Both the position numbers and the translations under genes were made by a program. 64,000 nucleotides of DNA from Coniocarpon cinnabarinum (Eukaryota): assembly GCA_051942205.1 (NCBI GenBank), contig JAVECO010000026.1:1-64000 (forward strand). Direction: 5' to 3'. The notes under the pieces are model-generated. The model had not been told where the DNA came from and ran no database searches. It saw only the letters and a program-made list of their open reading frames with translations. Shown here in pieces: positions 11,996 to 22,794 of the stretch (within the stretch, counting starts at the first letter, position 1; the number at the start of each line of letters is the position of its first letter).

Positions 11996-13435
11996 TCAGG
12001 CTCCCTTCGCTTTCATTCCGCCACGACCCATGCTAATCTCGATGGGCGGAGCCGGGCCGCTTTTGTACACCATCGTCCGGACCTCGGGCTTTGCGCTGGG
12101 ATTGTCGGGAACCACGTACTGGCATTTTGTAAAAGACTCCCACATGCAGCGCCAGAAGCTACGCGTTTTGTCCTCGTGATAGTCTATGCCGAGCAGTGGC
12201 TGGATGGCACGCGTGGCTTCTTCGGCGTAATATTGCGGGATGCGCGAGAACAAGTGGTGAATGACGTGGAAGTCGGCAATGTTGTGCATCAAGTGCTTGC
12301 CGCCGAAGCCCAGGTTGCGATCAATGGTGGCAGTAGCACCCTTGAGAAAGGTCCATGCTTCAGGCTCGTACTTGGGAATGTCCGGATGCGTGTGGTGGAG
12401 ATAAGTAATCGCGACGATCCAGTGGTTCACCCAGAGGTAAGGCTGGATGTAGAGAAGAGCGACGGAAGACCAGCCAACGAGCGTGGACGCGTACCACAGC
12501 GCGGCCATCATGAGACCTATGCCGATGTCAGACGCAAGGATGAGATGCCACTCCTCGGGCCGGAACAGGGTGCTCGTTGGGTTGAAATGGCTGTTACCCA
12601 AAGGCCATTTCGATGGAGGGTTCTTCGTTTTGCCGACCGCAAGGCTACCTTGTGTCGAGGTGATGTTTGCGAAGAGATACCAAGGCCACCCCAAGAATTG
12701 CTGGAGTAAGATCCGACCAACAGTGACAATGGGAGAGTCCTCAGTCATTTCCTCTACATCCTCGAGTGTCACCCCCAACAAGGACGCATACTTGGACTTC
12801 ACTGGTGGCACATAGTTGTGGTCCTTGATGAGATTGTTGGCGTATATGTGATGGCGCCGGTGAGTAGACTGCCATGAGAAGTAGGGAGTGAGCAAGATTG
12901 AGTGCAAAACCCATCCCATGAAGTCATTGAACAGCTCATTGGGAGCGAAACTCCCATGACCACATTCGTGCCCAAGAACCTTTGAATGATGTTAGTCAAG
13001 GTCAAGGTGGCTCATTCAGAACTCGTTCGGCTCGTACTGACCCATATACCGGTCATTTGTTGGCCCTGAAAATACCCATATACTGCCCAGGCCGCAGCAC
13101 GAGCCCGCGCGTCATTGATCAAGTCAATGTAGTTGTGTGCCAGATACATCAACGCGCCCGCAACAAAGAAATCACGTAAAAGATATTGCAGTGATTTGAC
13201 GTAGGATGGTTGGAAGCAGTATGAAGGGATGGCGTTCTTAAGGTCTTGGGATGTGTAGTGTGCATTTGGCTTCTATGCAAGATTTCTCGATCAATGGACA
13301 GACAGCGAATCTTCATGGGGAGAAAGCACTTACAGCGTCAAGCACGAGCTCAGAAGGATGATGAGCATAGTCGCTCTCGATATCTTGGTCGGTGTCACAC
13401 TGGACGCCCGAGGTAATGGTCATGGTAGTTGCCAT
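11996..13435 (-). CDS. Membrane fatty-acid desaturase of the Delta12/FAD2-like family, divergent type (2 introns)
   Basis: Three His boxes: GHECGH, HRRHH and HVIHH. Also LKNAIPSYCF, WIVAITYLHHT and GATATIDR. C-terminal KAKGA fits the KxKxx ER-retrieval signal. Confidence 0.93.
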
Positions 13436-13834
13436 GTTGGTGGAGCAAGCGAATGGATCGCAAAGGGGGACACTAAGAAGAGCAGAGTTTGATGAGAGAG
13501 TCCAACAGGTGGCTACCCGTGGAAGAAATACCCCATGCTCAGATGCTGCCGCTTGTAATTTTCATTTTCACATGCTTGTGGCTCGCTCAAAAAACTGCTG
13601 CCTGTTGGACCTGTGGTCGGCTTGTACATGGGAAGCCAAAATCCACCAAGTGACAAGTGAGTGGCAAAATGACCAAGGAGACGAGACTCGGACCTCGAAG
13701 TAATTAATCGATTGGACCGCTTCGCGCAGTAAGCCGCCAGGCAGATTTCAGCAATACATTGTGAAAGCAGCCTTATCGAAAGACGTCGCAAGACCGGATC
13801 TTGCATGCATGCCGTCACACATAGAACGTTCTTG

Positions 13835-13971
13835 TAACCCCCGGATGCGGACTTGATGTACTCAACGGCGGAGCATGCGCATGTGTCAGCGAAACATTCA
13901 ATTAGCGAGTTTTGTGCCGCGTCAGAGGGCCTGGAAGGTCTGCTGTGGTAGCTTCGCCATCCGGGGGGTTA
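13835..13971. promoter_or_regulatory. Inverted CGG-containing motif pair in the desaturase/P450 bidirectional promoter
   Basis: TAACCCCCGGATG (13835-13847) and CATCCGGGGGGTTA (13958-13971) are reverse complements apart from one extra C/G. Confidence 0.45.
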
Positions 13972-14368
13972 TCGGACTGGACTAATGAGGCAACAAGTCA
14001 GCAGCGGGAGAGACTCACCAATGGACGGCTTGGGTTGCTTCTGATTTTGCCGTAGGATCAATTTCGCCCGCAAAGTGGAGCAAAAGCCAGTGATGGTCAG
14101 CACGTTACCCGACGGGCCCAGAATCTGGACCAAAAGACATTGAACTTGGTCTGAGATTTCGATTGCACAGCAGTCCATCTTCATGAGACAGTCAGTGGAA
14201 TGGAGCGCGATAAGCCCGGCCCCATGATCTACGTTGATTGGACCGAAACGATACTCACAGCGTGGGATTGAGTAACACACTGGATTGGTAGTATCAGTCA
14301 CCTGAAAGTACGACCATCGCGTCTCAATGAATTTCACCCTCGCCAACCCTTCAAAGCTGCATTGCAGT

Positions 14369-16152
14369 ATGTCAACACTTTGGCATACCTCACATCTCCT
14401 CTGGCGAGTGGTTGAATTGGCCTTTTTGTGTCTAATTGCCAGAGTAAACCGTCTCACTTCAAGCTTGGCCCACGTCGTGGACGAGAAGGCTGACTTTGGC
14501 GTAGCTTGTCGCAGTTTGGGTCTATCGACTCACTCTCCACCCGTTGGCCAAGTATCCGGGGCCATGGCTGGCGAAAGTGTCCGACCTTTATGGTGCATAT
14601 CATAACGCAAAAGGCCAACTTCCACTCCAGACACAGCTTGGACATGAGAAATATGGTACGAGTACCCGTGCTGTCTTAACGTTCACATGCTAAGGAGCAC
14701 CTACAGGTCCAGTATTTCGACAGGGACCTAACAAGCTAGTCTTCAATTCAGTCGAAGCTCTCCAAGGCAAGCTGATGCAGACACCGGTCAATATCTATAC
14801 CGTCATTAACAAGAAGCAGGTATCTACAATGCGAGGGATGAAATCCAAAAATCTCAGGGGTACGTTACGATGGTCCCTGCGCCTGGAGCTTTCAACATTT
14901 TCACGGCCGTTGATAAGAACTTGCATCGTTTCAAGCGCAAGGTGCTGTCTCAAGGATTCTCTGATCAGACGTTGCGCGCCTTCGAGCCTACAATGCTTGC
15001 ACACATTGACACCTTTGTGGAGAGCCTTACCAGGGCCACCGCGGACACAAGCGACGGTTGGTCTCAGCCTGTCAATATGACGCAACGTTGCAGGTGGCTG
15101 CAGTACGACGTGATGGGGGAGTTTGGCTTTGGGCAGTCTTTTCGATTGCAGAAGAGTCCTGACAACCGCTTCCTGATTGACGCAGTCGAAGCGACTGGCT
15201 TTAGAGCTGGTCTCTATGTGCAGTACCCAGCCTTACAAAACTTGAAACTCGACAAACTCTTCGCATGGAGGACGCTGCGGATCAGGGATAATTACCTGCG
15301 TCTGATGTCTGAGCTTGTCAAGTCGCGATTGGCGGCGGACAAGAACTCGCAAAACGACCTTTTCTCCTTCGTAATCGACGCGAAGGATCCCGAGACAGGC
15401 CGCGGATTCACCGAGAGTGAGCTTTGGGCAGAGTCTAGGTTCCTCCTCATTGCCGGTAGGTCATTTTCTGCAAAGTCATTCCAGGTGAGCTGACCGTCTC
15501 AGGGGCGGATACCTCTTCGACCGGTTTGACAGGCACATTTTTCTATCTTTCAGCATATCCAGAGTGCCGGCAAGCGTTGGCCTCCGAAATACGAGCCACG
15601 TTCAAGTCCTATTCGAATATACGCACTGGTCCACAACTTGCTGGTTGTCAATACTTGCGTGCTTGTGTCGATGAGGCGATGAGGATGTCGCCACCAATCA
15701 GCGGGACTCTCTGGCGGGAAGTGTGCGGCCAGGGGATCTCTGTCAACGGTGACAGCATCGTTGCTGGCACCGATGTTGGCGTGAATCCATACGCGTTCCA
15801 CCACAATGAGCAGATCTTCCCAGATTCCTACCAATTCAAGCCCGAACGATGGATCGTTTCGGCAGACAACCCCAAAGAGGCCGTCGAGGACATGCGTCGC
15901 GCGTTCAATCCGTTCTCGATAGGGACGCGCTCGTGTGCTGGGCGAAGCATGGCGTACATGGAGCTTCTGAACACATTAGCAAGGACCATCTGGCAGTGTG
16001 ACTTCCGCAGAGCACCAGGACCGTTGGGATCAGTTGCTGGGGGAGACGAGGGGGACACAAAGGGTAGGCATCGAGTGAAAGAGTTTCAGCTACACGAGCA
16101 TATCACATGCAATCACGACGGGCCTTTCCTTGAGTTTCGCAGTCGCTTCTAG
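14369..16152 (+). CDS. Cytochrome P450 monooxygenase (multi-exon; alternative start 14327)
   Basis: N-terminal membrane anchor then YRLTLHPLAKYPGPWLA. I-helix LIAG-ADTS across an intron, EAMR (ExxR), PERW, and the haem motif FSIGTRSCAG. Confidence 0.95.
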
Positions 16153-16662
16153 AGCACTCCTCGCTCCTCAGTCTCGGGTCGATTCGCGTGACCTTTCACT
16201 GTGACGGCGGTGCAACAACGCGCGGTGAGTAATGCCGATACGCGTTGAGAGACCACACCATGGACTCGTGGTCTTTGAGCAGAGAACCAAGGCTCTTGAC
16301 TGATTGATATGGGAGGATGTGGACCTGGGTCACGCGTGAGGGGATGAAAATCTGACGCCTTAGGCGCTGGATCGAGAGACATGTGCGAATTGCCTTGCTC
16401 ATGCGAGCTCTAAATATAGGTAGCTGTAACCAATGGAACATGGATGGTATCCACTGAGTGAAACGTCCTCTGTTCGAAGACAGAAGGAGTGCTGCTCGGA
16501 TATTTGTTCGTGCCTGGGAACTCAGGCCAGCGGTTGGAAGTGGTTGCCTTGTGTCGGGCTTCTTTTGAAAGCTGATTTTCTGATGCCTTTGCCATCAACT
16601 TTTTTGGCAGAACAAGGGAGCAGCCTTCGACGATCAACTCCTCTTATTCCACAGAATCTGCG

Positions 16663-17646
16663 ATGGCAAGCAACTTGAGTATGATCATGGATCGTTTCAA
16701 GCGCATCGGCCCACGCATTTCTCTTTATACTCCCGACGACGGACGTGTTAGCGGCCAGCTTATCGTGATCTGTACGTGGCTGGGCGCGGCCCGCAAACAT
16801 ATCGCCAAGTATATGTCGCTCTATCAAAGTGTCGCGCCAGAAGCTCGCATCTTGCTCGTAGAGTCTGACGTTGCGATCCTCATCAGCAGCTACCGGTTCC
16901 AGCGACAAGCCGTTCAGCCTGCGGTATCTGTGATCTTGGAAACGTTGGAGAATCCACCAGATATCACCGCGATCACTGATCCCACTTCTGGTTCCGCAAC
17001 AGGTTCTAAATTGGCAGGTAATGAAGATCATCAGGTCTTGTCCAGTCGCGGCCAATCTTCCGGGGCCGCAGCACAGGATTGGCAATCCAAGGTATTGATT
17101 CACTGCTTCTCCAATGGTGGCACAAACACGGTGACTCAGATCCTCATGGAGCTCCAGAAGCGTCGTCAAGCTCCCTTACCACTGGCAGGACTGGTTCTGG
17201 ACAGCTGCCCCGAGAAGGGTGCTTATTGGAAGTCATACAATGGCATGCTTCTGTCTTTCCCAAAGAATCATTTGGTTTCATATCTGCTCGGACCAGTCGC
17301 TTGTCACAGTATCTTGATCCTTCTCCATTCCTGGATCGCCCTGGGAAACGAAAACCCTGCGAGCTTACAGAGAAGGACTCTCCTGAGCGATAAGACGTTT
17401 CACAGTTACTGGAAAGAAGACCAAGCCGCGGGTCGACCGGGAAGAGTTTGCTATCTGTACTCAAAGGCCGACCAGACCTGTGACTGGAATGATGTGAAGG
17501 ACCACGCCAAAGATGCAAGATCCAAAGGTTGGCTTGTGGAGGAAGTCGTGTTTGACGAGAGCGGCCACGTCGCTCATTTGATGAAATATGAGGACCATTA
17601 CAGCGGATCCGTTGAGCGCACTTGGCGTGGGAGCAAGCTTGCCTGA
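16663..17646 (+). CDS. DUF829 (TMEM53/PaxU-like) alpha/beta-hydrolase-fold protein
   Basis: Motifs ICTWLGAARKHIAKY, HCFSNGG (nucleophile Ser), VLDSCP, YLYSKAD and SGHVAH suggest an intact Ser-Asp-His triad. Intronless, 327 aa. Confidence 0.88.
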   Translation: MASNLSMIMDRFKRIGPRISLYTPDDGRVSGQLIVICTWLGAARKHIAKYMSLYQSVAPEARILLVESDVAILISSYRFQRQAVQPAVSVILETLENPPDITAITDPTSGSATGSKLAGNEDHQVLSSRGQSSGAAAQDWQSKVLIHCFSNGGTNTVTQILMELQKRRQAPLPLAGLVLDSCPEKGAYWKSYNGMLLSFPKNHLVSYLLGPVACHSILILLHSWIALGNENPASLQRRTLLSDKTFHSYWKEDQAAGRPGRVCYLYSKADQTCDWNDVKDHAKDARSKGWLVEEVVFDESGHVAHLMKYEDHYSGSVERTWRGSKLA

Positions 17647-18717
17647 AGCAAGAGACACATTACCTTATCCAAAGCCTCTGAACGTTTTCATCGCGTCCAT
17701 GAGCATGAGCATGTGCACGATGGTGTTCAACCGAGGCTCAGCAGGATTCGATCGCAAAGATCGACTAACAGATAGAAAGTCGCCCTTCGGGGATTTGTTC
17801 GGCAAAGGGCGAAGAGGTAGAACAGACAGACAACCTCGAAGACCGGGTCGTGTTCCCCATTCAGCGCAGACTTCAACCTGTGCAGACTTGCAATGACTCG
17901 TGCTACTGTCTCGCCTCCTCCGCGCTCGCATTTTAACCTCAAGTGCACGTGGAACGAAGTTGTCGTCGTATTGTTCACAAGGTTCGGGTCGAGTAGTCTT
18001 TTTCTCTGTGGGTATGTTGCCCTGATTCTGCGGGGTGTTCCTACGAGAAGTGCCCGCATGTAATACTTGACAATCAGCGTCTTGCGAGTCGAGCAGACTA
18101 GAAGGTTAACGCGTCCCCCTTTTTTTTGGGTAAGTATGTTGATATTAGTTCACACATGGATGCCATCGGGCTCAAGCTAGGCGTCCTACCTTCAGTGTAC
18201 GTGCAGGACATGGATGAATCCACGAACGACATTTGAGCTTAGGATCGTGGGAAGTTGTCGATTGTGACATTCCTCCAGCCAATTTCTGGACCAAGAGGCT
18301 AATGATAAACGTAGTGGTGCCGGCAAGATCAGCCCCAAATAGACATGGTATGCAAATTCTCTTAAAAGCAGACGTGTAACCTCGCGAGTTTCTTCGTTGG
18401 GGCTCAAGGGAGACTTTCGGCGATTTTCGATCGTGCTTATTACACATTCTCAGGGTAAGGGTTTCCATCGTGTTGAGTTAGGGCTTTCTCACAATGCAAA
18501 AGACGCTGACGTCCCGGACACGATCTGGAGCTGAGGTGCTTGAATAAGGGAGGAACAACACATTTTACAACAATCAAAGGAAAAAACAGGGAGACTTTTT
18601 TGACTGTCCGCTGATCTAGTATGAGCTAGAACGAAACTGCTGTACCTTTCAGGAACGAGTAAGTTCCTACGTGCAGCTCAAAGGTGATCCCGCATCGATG
18701 CTGCATCGTATCGCATC

Positions 18718-20321
18718 CTACGAGCCACTGTTTGCTGCCAAAAACTCACTGACGTCGCGCTGTTGGTTCTGTATGATATCCAGAGTCGCATCTGTGTCAT
18801 AGAGATCGTACCAACCTGGCGCTTCATGCGGTGGATCGCCCGCCCACAGCATGCCATATTCATTTTGTTGTTCAGTCTCGGGGCGGAAGAGTCCTCCATA
18901 AGCCCAAGGAGCGGTGCCGAAGTAGGGACCATCTGCTTTGAAGTCGTCGATTACTGCAGCAATCACAGTCTAAGGATGGAATCGTTAGCCAATTACTCCG
19001 TCGATGCGGGTTCCGCACAAGGATAGTGCACATACCGTAAAATAATCATCCTTGTTGTCATAACTTGTATCGCTGAGATAGAGATACTCTCGATCCACAT
19101 TCTTCCAGTTGTCTCGTGCCATGCCAAATTCTTCCAACAAGACGGGCTTCCCGAGATCCACTGACCACTGACTCGTATTGGCAATGAATTCCCGTGCAAA
19201 GCTCTTAGCCACTTCCAGGTTCGCGGCGCTGGAGTTCAGCATATCGTACACGCCCCAGTTCTGGACCCAACAATGCGAGGTAGTGTAATCGACGTTGGAA
19301 AAGTTGTGCACAGCCTTGAAGTACCACTCACCCTGTTTGGCTTCCAAGCCTACCGTGCAGAGCTGGTTCGGCGCAAGAGATTTGATGTACTCGGATGTGC
19401 GATCAATCCAAGGCAGTAGGGGATCATCGGGATTTGGCGGGTACTGAAGGCCGTAAGGACCAAGATATTGATCAGCGTTCTCGGGTTGAGGCTCATTGGC
19501 CACTTCCCAGGTCATTACTGTAGCGTCGTCCTTGTACACGCGGCCGTTGACAGTGTTGCAGCGGTTGATGACAGTGTTGATGTGGTTTCTATACAGCTCA
19601 TCGGCTTTGCTGTCGGTGTAAATCCGGTTACCGTTGCTAATGAAGTCTGGGTATGTCGTGAAGAGGTAGTCGCCTTCTTCAGTCCAATTGCCCCAGCCTG
19701 TACCAGGAGTGGAACGCTGCGGAGCCTTGCTCAGGTTCCATGACGACGGATACTCGATCAACTCGTTGTCGTTGGCCCAAGACACATACTGCGAAAAGCC
19801 GCCACTCCACTGCCATTGATTGTTCAGAGTCATTGTCGCACGCATCCCTCGCTTCTGCATCTCATCGAGGCAACGATCTAGGCCCACAAAGATGGCTTCG
19901 TTGTATCGGCCTGGAGCTTCTTGTAAGGCCGGATACATCCTAAAAGGTTGCGTAGTTGGTGCGCCCTCTGACGATGCCATGAGACGCAGGTGGTTAACGC
20001 CTCTTGCGGCCATTTGGTCCAACTCGGTTATGAGACGAGAACGGTTGCCACCTGCTTCATCATCTGCAGCAAGATTCATGCATGACCCTCGACACCTATG
20101 TCAGCGGAATTACAATTCTCACATATCATACATGCACACTGACAGTAGTTGAGACCTGTGGAGTAGTAGGTTCCTGCGCCGCTTGTGAGCCGTAGGCCAT
20201 CAGTCTTCACAAAGTCATCCGGGGCTATGCCTGCCGGCGCCGCAGGCTCACTCGTTGGCGCGCACGACCCCCCCAGTGCATGGCTCATCGCCAACGCCAC
20301 AATCTGGTGAGCAAAGCGCAT
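18718..20321 (-). CDS. Secreted GH5 endo-beta-1,4-mannanase (GH5_7-like, 2 introns)
   Basis: Signal peptide MRFAHQIVALAMSHALG. TGLNY, NNQWQWSGG, WEVANEP (acid/base), LLEEFG (nucleophile), GDPPHEAPGWY. Confidence 0.92.
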
Positions 20322-21524
20322 CTTGTTTCAGGACCGTGACTGCAGAGGAGGCGCCCAACGCGAAGTCATCCGACGTGGCCAGCAGGGCTTCTCTCAATGC
20401 TTAAATACGAGTCCACAACGCAAAGTAGAGCGCGCCAGGTTGACCGTCAGCAATGATGCATCTGGCTTCTTCCCCACAACTGCCTGCCGATTATGGGCCG
20501 GGGTCCGACGGTTCTCGAGTGGGAGATGCAATCCCTTGTCATCCATAAGTCCGGCACATGGCAGGAAGTCATGTCACTAATGGCCTGCAGAGCCCCTGAG
20601 TTTGTTAGCGATATCGAAAGTATAAGGAGATGCAGTGGTCACGCAATGCGGGATTGCACAAGCACGCTAAGATGTCCCCGCATGGAAAAGACGAAATGTC
20701 GAGCTGAAGGCCATTCACGGGGTTGAAAAGGCCATTTCCCAACGAACGAGGTAGCACTCTGTGCACGAAAGCTAACGTGAAAACCACGGATCAAAGCAAC
20801 CACGTCATAAGCCAAGACCATCACCCCTGTCAGGACTTGGTACACGACCGGCCTGGGCGTTCTGGCGTTCTTAGGCTGTGGGGGTGGCTTGTTATACAGG
20901 TCTGTACCTACTCCACATCAGCTTCACGGCCAAGTCAAGCCTGGAATGCTCACGGCGTCGTATTGGATCGTGCTCGAGCACCGACTCAGCCATCCCAGTC
21001 AGTGCGTACTCACAGGTGACGTCACACAACGACATGAAGCTCTTCAGCTAGATGACGGGGAGCATACTATTCCCCTGCTTTTCTCAGTACCCTTAACGCG
21101 GCTCGAACGCTACTCGGAGTTGGGAGAGTCGAGAGCAGCGGCTTCAGCACCCTCGCAGCAAATACTCTTTCATCCAAAGCCTGCCAGCATGCTCACATGC
21201 TTGCTGCCCTTCCCAAATATGGTCCATGGCAGATACCTGGCGGCGTAAGCGTAATTTCAAACGAAGTTCTGTCAAGCTTCTAGTTTGTCCAGCAGGTGAT
21301 AAGTTGCTTTCATACTTATCGGTCCGTATGAGATTCAAGCCTTGCGCGAAGTCCTCGCGGTCGCGTACATGGCTTATACGAGAACCAAACCCCTGCACAA
21401 ATGGTCTGAAAGCCCCCGCAGAAGACGTCGGAGAAGTTGCAGTACCGAAAATATGTGGCCTTCGTGCCCTAAGAGGCGCACGAAGAAGTGTGACGAACGC
21501 CAGGAGACAGCTTCGCGTCTAAAT

Positions 21525-22794
21525 TTACGGCTTCCAAGAACAGAACCTTCCGCCATGCCTTGTCTGAAAGCAGTCTTCTACGATCGTTGCTGCGGTCGCA
21601 TCTTGCACAGGGAACGTGGGATGAAAGTGGTCTTTCTACACATGAGGTACATGATCAGCAGATGATTTGAAGCACAACGGCTTCCAATGGATCGCCTGCA
21701 AAAGGTGGCTAACTAACCCAGAAGTATTGCTCCAAAGGTGCGCTGCACCCTGGAAAGTCCAGTTGATACTCCTTCTCACCAGGTGCTCCCGGCACGACTG
21801 CCGAGTAGAAAGGGCAGATGCCAGTGGTGTTTTGCAGTTGCTTTGTAGCTGGTACCTCGGCCGGGTTTTTCTCCAACCATAAGAAGAATGAATGTGTGTC
21901 GAACGTCCAAGCGTGAATGTCGCTGTGGCGCGCGGTCAAGTTGGAAGTCATTGCAGGCAAGGCAGCGTTCCATTTAGCGATGTTGCTACTAAGTATTTCA
22001 ACCCTAGCAGGGTCTCCGCCGGTGTTTCTGAAGTTCTCATCAATTGGGCCAATGTTCAAAAACAGAAAGTTGCGTAGCCCCGCAGCGTGCAGAATCTCAG
22101 CCACCTGTTCGTACCGCAGCATATCTTTAGAAACGTCCAGAACGTGATCTGGGAATGTGTACTCGTTCATACAGTCATTGACACCAAAGCGAAAGATTAG
22201 TAGAGTGGTATCTGTGTCCCACTCGCCAGTCGCGACTTTGGAGCCATAGATACTGAGGAATTGGAGGATTTGATCTGAGCAGCTCGGCGATGACCATACA
22301 CTTCGCTGGACGGCATTGTCAATCGTCGCGCCCCCTTTGGCGAAATTGTAGGTAAGTATCTGTGACTGATTGTGGGTTAAGGTGAGGAAATCAGCCCAAG
22401 TTGGGCCATTTGGCCGCTTTGTCGGATAGTCGGGGTTTCCAAACGGGTTCAACGATGACGGTTGTTCCGCGTGCGGGTCGAACATTGTGGCAGAAATCGA
22501 ATCACCAAAAACGACTATGCGGGACGTCTCAGACCAGTCAAACTGATAGGGTTTGGAATGCAATGGCAGGGCGGCATCGGGCGCGGTAGCCTGATCCGAT
22601 GAGGAGCTTGAGAAAAAACGATGGTGAGAGGACTGCTGCGATCGATAAGGCAGAGGCGAGTCTTGGTCCCTTAGCGCTGCGCAGAGGAAAATGCAAAAGG
22701 CAGACACGACCAGTATGCCGCTGACAACAGGACGTAGGAGCGCATGGTGACGAAGTCGGTATACTCTCTCAGTGTATCTTTCCTTTGCCTCCAT
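21525..22794 (-). CDS. GDSL/SGNH esterase (CE16-like) with an N-terminal membrane anchor (1 intron)
   Basis: Blocks VFGDSIS, NFAKGGA and FGVND. The last exon after the intron supplies DHFHP (DxxH). Hydrophobic stretch at about residues 20-40. Confidence 0.88.

Noticed and set aside
16141..16152. P450 C-terminal SRF as a PTS1 variant
   Set aside because: The protein has an N-terminal ER anchor, and the tripeptide is a weak variant that is probably incidental.
17629..17646. Peroxisomal PTS1 in the DUF829 protein (ends GSKLA)
   Set aside because: SKL is followed by Ala before the stop, so it is not terminal. I see no splice or readthrough route that would expose it.
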